Positions 13,601 through 24,424 of a stretch of 64,000 nt of DNA are shown in pieces; position 1 is the stretch's first letter, and each line of letters begins with the position of its first letter. The notes beneath the pieces were generated by a model. The model did no database searches, was not told the origin of the DNA, and worked only from the letters and a program-made list of their open reading frames with translations. The DNA is taken from assembly GCA_028826165.1 (NCBI GenBank), contig JAPDFW010000072.1:248001-312000 (forward strand). Direction: 5' to 3'. This DNA is from Anaeramoeba ignava BMAN. Taxonomy: Eukaryota > Protista > Anaeramoebae. The position numbers were made by a program, and so were the translations under genes.

Positions 13601-13778
13601 GATTTTGAATTTGAATTTGAATTTGATTTTGAATTGAGTTTGAATTTGTTTTTGATTTTGATTTTAGAAAATAACCTAAAATTAAAAATTTTAATTTTTT
13701 CGCATTTTCTTTTTCTTTTTCTTTTTCAATTTCTAATTGTTTTTCAATTTCTTTTGTTTTAGAATTTTTTGAACCCAT
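10631..13778 (-). CDS. G-alpha-BTB fusion, copy 3 (QN linker in frame)
   Basis: MGSKNS, GIRGSGKST, DVLRYYQKTFG, DFGSGTPRRKW, 16-nt exon 12551-12566 (IRYLD), TKLD. The last exon reads through a QN linker of about 160 aa into the BTB (ORF 10631-11587). Confidence 0.88.
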
Positions 13779-13885
13779 TTATTTTTTTTGGAACCTTTTT
13801 TATTGGAAAAAATGAAAAAAATGAAAAAAATGAAAAAATGAAAAAAATGAAAAAAATTAAAATTGGAATTTCTTTAAAATTTGGA

Positions 13886-15881
13886 TCAATGCTTTTTCAA
13901 TTTTGGAATACCATAATCTTTCATTAACATAATTTTTGGAACAGTCATTTCATGCATAGCAGCTCTTATACCTTCACTACCCATACCTGAGTCCTTTATA
14001 CCTCCATAAACTTGAGCATCAACACGAGCAGAAGGAATATCATTAATAACAACACCTCCACATTCAACATTTTCATAAAATGAAAAGGCTCTTTTGAGAT
14101 TGTTTGTGTATAATCCTGCTTGCAATCCATATCTTGATTTATTAATTTTTGTTATCACTCCTTTCATGTTAGAAAATTTTTCAATATAAAAAACTGGACC
14201 AAAAACTTCATTTTGAGCAATTATGGAATTTTGATGAATTTTTTCTAAAATTGTTGGAAGATAAAAATTATTGATTCTTTGTCCTCCAACAAGAACTTTT
14301 GCTTTCTTTTCTTTTGCATTTTCAACCCAAGATTCAACTCTTTTAGCTTCATCAGTACTAATTAAAGGTCCAACATTCCATTCAAGTGGATTTTCATCTG
14401 GAAGCATTGGATCAACTGTTTTTAATAATTTTGTGAAATGAATCAATCTTTCTTTTAATTTATTATAAACTGTATCATGAAGATAAACTCTTTGAACAGA
14501 GATACAACTTTGGCCTGCTTGATAAAATGCACCGAAAATTATTCTTTTAGCGATTGTATCAAGATCGGTTTCAGCACAGTTGCATTTATCAACTACACAT
14601 GCTGCATCACCTCCTAATTCAAGTGTAACTTTTTTTTTTCCTGATAATGATTTGATTTTCCAACCAACAACATCACTTCCTATAAGATTATTTTTTTAAT
14701 TTTGATTTTGAATTTAATTTTAAATTTGATTTTGATTTTGATTTTAATTTTAATTTTGATTTTGATTTTGATTTTGATTTTAATTTTAATTTTGATTTTG
14801 ATTTTGATTTTGATTTTAATTTTAATTTTGAATTTGATTTTTGATTTTGATTTTGATTTTGATTTTGATTTTGATTTTAATTTTGATTTTAATTTTAATT
14901 TTGATTTTTATTTTGATTTTGATTTTAATTTTGATTTTGATTTTGATTTTGATTTTGATTTTGAATTTTAATTTTGATTTTGATTTTGATTTTGATTTTG
15001 ATTTTGATTTTGATTTTGATTTTGATTTTGATTTTAATTTTGATTTTGATTTTGATTTTGATTTTGATTTTGATTTTGATTTTGATTTTGATTTTGATTT
15101 TGAATTTTAATTTTGAATTTTGATTTTGATTTTTGAATTTGATTTTGATTTTGATTTTAATTTTAAAATTACCTGTAAAAGAAACCATTTTCATTCTATC
15201 ATCCTTAAGTAATTCCATTGCCAAATTATTTTCCATTGGAAGAACAGAAAAAGAATTTTTTGGAAGAGCAGTATTAGCCAAAATATCACCCAAAACAATA
15301 GCAGAAATAGGAGTACGTGGAGAAGGTTTGATAATAAAAGGATTACCAGTTGCAATAGCAGGAGCAATTTTATGAACAATTAAATTAATAGGAAAATTAA
15401 AAGGGGAAAACATAGCAATTGGTCCAATAGGGAATCTTCTTGTTGTTCCTTGATATCCTTGAGAGGACTTTGTGTATCCAAAATCTTGATATTCACCGTA
15501 ATTACGACCAGCTTCTTCACTGCAATTTTCAACTGTATCAATTGCTCTATTCATTTCAACTTGTGATATTTTTATTGGTTTTCCACTTTCCATTGTGATT
15601 AATGATGCAAGTTCATCTTTCCTTTCTCGAAATTGTTTTGCAATATCTCGCAATATATCTTTTCTTGCATGAATCGGTAAATCATTCATTGCTTTTCGAC
15701 TTTTGGAAACCGTTGTAATTGCTTCTTGTATTTCTTTTTTTTCTGCTAATGAAACTCTTGCTATTTTTTTCTCAGTGAATTTGTCAAAAACATCAAGGAA
15801 TTTATTAGTCATAACTTGCTTTCCTGCTATATAAAGTGGATATACTTCTTTTTTTATTGTTTGTTTTCTAATCAAATCCAT
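13886..15881 (-). CDS. NAD(P)-dependent aldehyde dehydrogenase, ALDH family 21/RNP123-like; one intron 14680-15172
   Basis: PFNFP, KPS, FTG|S across the splice, TLELGGDAA, GAFYQAGQSCISVQR (catalytic Cys), EVFGP, YGLQAG, YGGIKDSGMGSEG. Confidence 0.92.
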
Positions 15882-16172
15882 TTGAATTAGTTAAAAAATT
15901 TTGTTTTAAAAAAAAAACTTAAATTGAATTGTTTTTTATTTTTTTTGAGAAGTGAATTTTGAAAAGAAAAAAATGAAAAATTTTTCTTATTGATTAAGAT
16001 TTGGATTTTCCAAAAATTTATTTTATTTTAATCTTAATTGAATTTAATTTTTAATTTAAAATTTAAATTTTAATTTTAATTGAAAAATTTAATTTTTTTA
16101 ATTTAATTTGTTTTTTTAAAAAATTTTTTTTTTATTTTAATCTTAATTGAATTTAATTTAATTTAATTTAAT

Positions 16173-19100
16173 TTAATTTAATTTAATTGAATTTAAAATT
16201 TCATTTAATTTTTCATTTAATTTTTCAATCTTCTTTAAAGAAATTGGTATTTTCTCTCCATGATAAATTTGAGGTGAATTTTCATAGCAATTTAAAGCGT
16301 TTTTATAATGAAAAATAGCCTCATCCTTCTTATTCAAAATTTGATATACCTCAGCCACTTTTTGATATGATTTTGCAAGTAAATATAATCCTTTCCGAAA
16401 ATCTTTTCTGTGATGAAGAACATTCATATGGATTGAGTGAGCCAAATCATAATCCTTCTTCTTAAAGTATATTTTGGCGATTTCAAAGAGAATATTACAA
16501 TATCCTTGCAATAAAGGTGCTAAATTGTTCTGAGAATTCCTTACTTTTTTGAGTAGATCATCCAAATCAGATTCAGGATTCGAAATTTCCAATTTAATCA
16601 ATAATTTCAAGTGGAATCTAGAAACAATAATATATGTTAATCCTCTTTTTTTCATTTTTTCTAAGGTTTCAGTGATTAATTCCAACTTTCTTGAAAGAGT
16701 TATCGGTGTTTTGCAGAAAAAAACTTCAAAAATATTAATCAAACTTGAATATTTCTCATCCTTTTCATATTTTGGTCTTAATTCTTGGAATTTTGAGTAA
16801 TTATACTCGAATTCACTAGATGAACTTAATCCGAGTTTTTGGAAAATTACCAAACTAAAAACACAATGCTCCATGATTGAATAATCCTTCTTCAATTCCA
16901 CATACATTTTCAATGATCTTTGATGATAAGAAAGAGATTGTGAAAGATTGCCAAGTAAGTATGATGTATGTGCTAAATAATTAAGTGATTTTGCTACTAA
17001 AAATTTATCAGTTCGGGCAAAATAGTTTCCATGCTGAAGCGAAAAAAGATCATATGCTTTCTCATAATTTCCAAGCAAGCAATTAAGAATACCCTGATTT
17101 TCCAATGTTTGAAATGAAAGTAAACTTTTCTTAATTTGAAACATTTTTTTTTGAATGAATGAAATGACCATTTGAGCTGTTTCCTTCCCAAAAATGTTTG
17201 TGATTTCATCATGAAAATTGTATTGATCTACCAGATAATCTTTTGGGAAATTCTGTGTCAATTCGATTGAATTCTGAGCCATTTCAAGGTACTTTTGGCT
17301 TTTGTCAAATTTCATTTGATTCATGAAATTTATTGCTTGTTTGTTACAAAATTGTATAAAATCTGAAAATCCCAATTCATCCTTATGCATCATTTTCAAA
17401 AATTTCATTGATTCATTGAAAAGAAACTTTTTTGAATAACAAATGGAGATATTTTTCAATAAGAAATTGGTGATTTTTTGCTCCATTTTCAAATTAATAG
17501 CTTGAGAATACAGTTTCTCGCTCAAATTTAACGATTCATCAAATTTCATTTGTTTTATCAATAAACCTGATTTTTCTAGCAGTAAATCAAATTGATCCCT
17601 TTCATTTACGCTATTTGATACAATTTTATCAACATTCTGTAAAAGGATTTGTGATAGATCCATTTTTCCCAAATCAGAATAGAAATTTGCTAATTGAACC
17701 ATTTTTTGTACTTGATGTTTTGGATTCAAATTTCCAAAAAGCAGCATGAATTTTTCATTTGAATAAGAAGAAAATCCAAAAATATTTGATTCAATAATTG
17801 GTTTTGCTTTAAATTCCTTCTCAATTTCAATTGCATTTTTAAAGTTTTGTTCTTCATTGCAATAATCTGTATATTGATAAGGATCAAGAACACGGAAAAT
17901 AAATGAGTATTTTTGGTAATAATCCAAGAATATTTTTTTGCTTTCTTGAATAATCTCTTTGATTTCTGGATCTCTCACAAAAATCATCCAATTTTTAGCA
18001 AAAAATCTTTTGATACGAGTATGAAGAAAATAGAGGTAGTTTTTTTTGATTAAAATGAAAGATTTTTCAAATTGTTCAATTTTTTCCAAATTTTGAGCAA
18101 AATATTTTCTGAAAAATGGAGCACAAAATTTCTCAGAGAAGAAATATAATAAAATTACCCATTTTTGTTGTTCTTTGGCGAACATTTTGTTGAAAATACC
18201 AATAGCAATTTTGCGATTTATAATACTTCCATCACTTTTTCTTATTTCTATCATACTTTTTCTTAAAGAATCCATTTCTTCATTTTGATTTTGATTTTTA
18301 TTCTCTTTTTCATTTCCAATTTGATTTTGATTTTGATTTTCATTTTGATTTTCTTTTTCATTTCCAATTTGATTTTGATTTTGATTTTCATTTTTAATTT
18401 GATTTTTAATTTGATTTTGATTTTGATTTTGATTTTCATTTTCTTTTTCATTTTCATTTTGATTTTCAATTTGATTTTCTTTTTCATTTTCAATTTGATT
18501 TTGTTTTTGATTTTCAATTTGATTTTCATTTTGATTTTGATTTTCATTTCCAATTTGATTTTGTTTTTCAATTTGATTTTCAATTTCATTTTGTTTTTGA
18601 TTTTGATTTTCCATTTTGATTTTGATTTTGATTTTGATTTTTGTTTTTGATTTTGATTTTCATTTCCAATTTGAATCAATCTTGGTGATTTCTTTAAAAC
18701 AATCGATTTTGAAAGATCCTCAACAATAACAGAACGAGCAACTTGAAGCCAAAATGGATGTCTTTCATAAAATTCTGTAATTTGTTCAGTCGCTGTAATT
18801 AAATCAATTTCATAAATATTTTCAAATATAGAATCTTGAATAAAAGATGTTCCAATAACTATAATATTCTGAGGAAAATTCAAATCACGATATAATTTAT
18901 TCCAATTCGAAAATTCACCTTCTTCAGGAAAATCATCAAAAAATAATAAATGAGGGAAATTTGGAGAAAAAAGTGATTCAAATTTTTCTTGGATTTCTTC
19001 CGATGAGTATTTCTCACCTAAATAATCATATTCATGAGTCAAATGAGCAACAAACACACGCTGAATATCATTTATATTAGAAAAATCACCACAATTAAAA

Positions 19101-20656
19101 TAATGGAAAATGAATTGGGGATATTTTTCCCGAATTTTATTTGCAACAAGCTGACCAACAATTGTTTTTCCTGAATTTTTTGGACCGTAAATATATATAA
19201 AGTTGTTTCTTTGGAAGTCTATCTCTTCAATCATCATTTTGATCGATTCTGGAAGTTTTAGATCAGGCTTTTTAATAAAGGCAAAATTGGGGAAACTTTG
19301 TGGGAAATATTTTGCCATAATTTCAAAGTAATTTCGGTTTCTGTCATTAAGATGATATTCTTGTAGATATATTTCTGGATATCCAAAGAAATGGAAAAGC
19401 AAGTCAGGTTTGAATTGGAATTGGAATAGATATCGGTCTCCAATTTTCTGGTAGAAAGGCTTGATATTGGCCAAAGGAATTGTTGGCCAAAAGATGAATC
19501 TTTTTTTGATAAAATTATCTGTTTCCTTTTCGTTTTCAATTATTAGCATTTGTTTGTTTTTTGAAACCAAAACTGATTTTGATTTTGCGTTTTGTTTCAA
19601 AACTTGGATAATTTGCGTAAATTCGTTATTTGATAATGGCTTGTAATTTCTGTATATTTTCTTGTTCTGACAAACTTTTACAGTGCAACGTCCATTAAAA
19701 AATAATTTCTTCAAATAACCCAAAAAATCATCCTTTTCTTGGCTTGATATTGGGAGTCCGTATACTGGTTGTTGGATATCAGGCTCTTCATCATCCCAAA
19801 TAAAGGCCAACAACTGGATGTTATTTTCCCAAAAAGATTCTGCGATTGATTGAGGATTTGCAAGTTTAGTTTGCACTTTCTTTCTTAAATGGAATTGGAT
19901 TTTAGGATTTTTGATAAAAGGATCGAGATGGATAGAAAGATCACTCACATCAACAAATATCTCTTCGAGATCATTAGGCTTCTCTGCAAAATAGACGTTT
20001 TTTGGTTTTCTGCTAATATTCTTAGTTTCTTCAACTCCAATATAAATACTTCCTGGTATTTTTGTATTATTATTAAGTGCCGAGTAATTCAAGAACGAAA
20101 CTGCATATTCCACAATTTTGGAGATGACATCAGTGATAATAACAGGGTTTTTTGTGAATCCCTTGAATTCCACAAAGGAATTTTCGTGTAAATTTGGAAC
20201 CTCTTTCGAGATTTGTTCCGATTGAATAATTTGCATTTTTGGATCGTTTTGATCAATTTTTTTGCTTTCAGAAAGTTGGTTTGTAAAATGAACATAACTC
20301 TTATGGAATTGAGGCCAAAAATAATAGGGATAAATTTTATGGATGTTGTTTTCATATTGTCTTATTTTAAAAGTTTGATGGAAATCGAAAAAAATAGGTT
20401 TTGGAATGGTTGTTGGAATAAAAAAATTAACGGATTCTGCTCCAGTTTCATATCCAATTGTGAAAGTGTCTCCAAGTGGTGTTTCTTGGAAAATATACTT
20501 ATTTTCACTTAGTGAAACTTGATGGAAAGTTTTTCCAAAATCTAAAGTATTCAATAATTGAGTTAGATTGTTGATTTCTTTCATCTCAAATCCTTTTTGA
20601 TTTGTATTTAAAAATGCGAGGATTTTGCTTTGAACCAAATGTGCTTGTTGTGTCAT
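16173..20656 (-). CDS. Schlafen/AlbA_2 - STAND NTPase - TPR protein (NLR-like); frameshift within QN linker near 18610-18640
   Basis: [25 protein letters not shown] (AlbA_2); Walker A GPKNSGKT; Walker B LLFFDD; GxP-like HPFWL; MHD-like [10 protein letters not shown] in the downstream ORF; TPRs ([43 protein letters not shown]). No introns seen. Confidence 0.75.
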
Positions 20657-20760
20657 GATGACTTAATAAATAAAAATCCAAAATTAATAATAATAAAAAA
20701 GAGGAAAAAAATGAAAATAAATTTTTTTGCTTTTTTATTTTTTCATTTTTATTTTTTTAA
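20657..20760. promoter_or_regulatory. 104-bp bidirectional promoter region with TTTTCATTTT initiator-like motif in both orientations
   Basis: AAATGAAAA near 20709 (minus-strand gene) and TTTCATTTTT near 20741 (plus-strand gene). Confidence 0.5.
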
Positions 20761-21964
20761 ATGATTTCTTTTCAAGATTTAAAAAATAAATTAGATAAAA
20801 AATATAATAATTTTTATTCTAATGATGAATTAACTCATTTTCATGATTCAGAAACAATAATAATTGATAATGGTTCATCAACAATTAAAACAGGATTTGG
20901 GGGAGATGATACACCAAGAGCTGTTTTTCCAACAATAATTGGAAGACCAAACAAAGAAAAAGTTGTAACAGGGTCTCCTTCAAAAGATTATTTTGTTGGA
21001 GATGAAGCAATTTCTAAAAGAGGAATTTTAAAACTTAAATATCCAATAGAAAATGGAATTATTACAAATTGGGATGATATTGAACATATTTGGCATCATA
21101 CTTTTTATAATGAATTAAAAATTTTACCTGAAGAACATCCACTTTTAATGACTGAATCACCTTTAAATCCAAAAGCAAATCGAGAAAAAACAACACAAAT
21201 TATTTTTGAAACATTTAATATTCCTAATTTTTATCTTTCAAATTCTTCATCTTTTAGCTTTATTTGCTTCAGGAAGAACAACAGGAATTGTTATTGAAAT
21301 GGGATATCACGTTTGTAATTCTGTTCCAATTTATGAAGGAAATGCTTTAAATGATTCAGTTTTAAGAATGAATATTGCAGGAAGAAATTTAACAAATTAT
21401 TTAATGAAAATATTAACTGAAAGAGGATATTCATTTATAACATATGCTGAAAGAGAAGTTGCTAGAGATATTAAAGAGAAATTATGTTATGTTCCATTAG
21501 ATTTTTATGAAGAAGTAGAAAAAGACAAAAATTCATATGGAATTGAAAAAAATTATGAATTACCTGATGGACAAATTTTTTCAACTGGAGATGAAAGATA
21601 TAGATGTACTGAACCTTTATTCCAACCTTCTTTTATTGGATTGTCTCAATTAGGAATTCATGAAATTATTTATAATTCAATTATGAAATGTGATGAAGAA
21701 ATAAGAAAAGAAATGTTTGGAAATATTGTTTTATCAGGAGGAACATCAATGTTTGAAGGAATTAAAGAAAGAATTGAAAAAGAAATTAAACAATTATCAC
21801 CAAAAGATATGAAAATCAAAGTTATTTCACCTCCTGAAAGAAAATATTCAGTTTGGATTGGAGGATCTATTTTATCATCTTTTCCATTTTTTAAAAACAT
21901 AACAATTTCAAAAGAAGAATATAAAGAATTTGGAAATTCAATTATTCATAAAAAATTCGTTTAA
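20761..21964 (+). CDS. Divergent actin paralog 1 (1-nt frameshift near 21247)
   Basis: [47 protein letters not shown] across two overlapping ORFs. Confidence 0.9.
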
Positions 21965-22016
21965 AATTAAAAAGAAATTAAATTTTTCATTTTTTTCTTT
22001 TAAAAATAAAATAAAA

Positions 22017-23175
22017 ATGAATTTTAAACAATTTTCAAATATTAATTTTGAAGAAATTGATGAAAATGAAACAATAATAATTGATAATGGTTCCTCAACA
22101 ATTAAAACAGGATTTGGAGGAGATGATACACCAAGAATTATTTTTCCATCAATAGTTGGAAGACTAAGACACCCTGAAATAATGACTGGATTAAATATAA
22201 AAGATTATTATGTTGGAGATGAAGCAATTTCTAAAAGAGGAATTTTAACACTTAAATATCCAATAGAACATGGAATTATTACAAATTGGGATGATATTGA
22301 ATGCATTTGGCATCATACTTTTTATAATGAATTAAAAATTTCACCTGAAGAACATTCACTTTTAATGACTGAACCACCTTTAAATCCAAAATCAAATCGA
22401 GAAAAAACAACACAAATTATTTTTGAAACATTTAATATTCCTAATTTTTATCTTTCAAATTCTTCAGTTTTAGCTTTATTACAATCAAAAAGAACAACAG
22501 GAATTGTTATTGAAATGGGATATCAAGTTTGTAATTCTGTTTCAATTCATGAAGGAAATGTTCTAAATGATTCAATTTTAAGAATGAATATTGGAGGAAG
22601 AGATTTAACAGATTATTTACAGAAAATATTATATGAAAGAGGATATTCATTTATAACATATGCTGAAAGAGAAATTATTAAAGATATTAAAGAGAAATTA
22701 TGTTATGTTTCATTAGATTTTTATGAAGAAATGGACTTATCAAATAACTCAAATTCTATTGAAAAAAATTATGAATTACCTGATGGACAAATTATTACAC
22801 TAGGAAATGAAATATTTAGATGTACTGAACCTTTATTCCAACCTTCTTTGATTGGATTTTCACAAATAGGAATTCATCAAATTATTTATAATTCGATTAT
22901 GAAATGTGATGAAGAAATAAGAAAAGAAATGTTTGGAAATATTGTTTTATCAGGAGGAACATCAATGTTTCAAGGAATTGAAGGAAAGAATTGAAAAAGA
23001 AATTAAACAATTATCACCAAAAGATATGAAAGTTGAAGTTATTTCACCTCCTGAAAGAAAATATTCAGTTTGGATTGGAGGATCTATTTTATCATCTCAT
23101 TATATTTTCAAAAATTTATCAATTTCAAAAGAAGAATATGAAGAATTTGGACCTTCAATCATTCATAAAAAATAA
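22017..23175 (+). CDS. Divergent actin paralog 2 (frameshift near 22981)
   Basis: Actin motifs; ATG 22017 matches the MNFKQFS start of other copies. Confidence 0.9.
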
Positions 23176-23245
23176 AATATTTTTCATTTTTCTTCATTTT
23201 TCATTTTTTCATTTTTCATTTCAAAAGAAATAATAAAATAATAAA

Positions 23246-24424
23246 ATGAATTTCAAAGAAACTTACTATTATTTCAATACTTATTTTAATGAATATGAAG
23301 AAAATGAACCAATAGTAATTGAGAATGGTTCATTTTCTATTAAAGCAGGTTTTGGAGGAGATGATGCACCAAGAGCAGTTTTTCCGACAATAGTTGGAAA
23401 ACCAAGACATTATGGAATAATGGCTGGAATGGATTCTAAAGATTATTATGTTGGAGATGAAGCAATTTCTAAAAGAGGAATTTTAAAACTTAAATATCCA
23501 ATAGAAAATGGAATTATTACAAATTGGGAAGATATTGAACATGTTTGGCATCATACTTTTTATAATGAATTAAGAGTTTCACCTGAAGAACATCCACTTT
23601 TAATGACTGAACCACCTTTAAATCCAAAAGCAAATAGAGAAAAAACAACACAAATTATTTTTGAAACATTTAATATTCCTAATTTTTATCTTTCAAATTC
23701 TTCAGTTTTAGCTTTATTAGCTTCAGGAAGAACAACAGGAATTATTATTGAAATGGGATATCAAGTTTGTAATTCTGTTCCAATTTATGAAGGAAATGCT
23801 TTAAATGATTCAGTTTTAAGAATGAATATTGGAGGAAAAGATTTAACAGATTATTTACAGGAAAATATTAAGAGTGAAAGAGGATATTCATTTACAACAA
23901 CATATGAAAGAGAAATTGTTAAAGATATTAAAGAAAAATTATGTTATGTTCCATTAGATTTTTGATGAAGAAATGGACTTATCAAATAATTCAAATTCTA
24001 TTGAAAAATTTTATGAATTACCTGATGGAAGTACTATTACAATAGGAAATCAAAGATTTAGAACTCCTGAACCTTTATTTCAAACCTTCTTTTATTGGAA
24101 TGTCTCAACAAGGAATTCATGAAATGATTTATAATTCAATTATGAAATGTGATGAAGAAATAAGAAAAGAAATGTTTGGAAATATTGTTTTATCAGGAGG
24201 AACATCAATGTTTCAAGGAATTAAAGAAAGAATTGAAAAAGAAATTAATGAATTATCACCAAAAGATATGAAAATCAAAGTTATTTCACCTCCTGAAAGA
24301 AAATATTCAGTTTGGATTGGAGGATCTATTTTATCATCTCTTTCAATTTTCAAAAATTTATCAATTTCAAAAGAAGAATATGAAGAATTTGGAAATTCAA
24401 TTATTCATCAAAAAATGTTTTTAG
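23246..24424 (+). CDS. Divergent actin paralog 3 (several 1-nt frameshifts)
   Basis: Actin motifs in ORFs 23246-23965 and 24100-24483. The paralog-like end TGT TTT TAG is at 24416-24424. Confidence 0.8.

Noticed and set aside
18600-18660. Programmed -1 ribosomal frameshift joining STAND and TPR ORFs
   Set aside because: No convincing in-frame slippery heptamer or downstream structure; indels in a microsatellite are more parsimonious.
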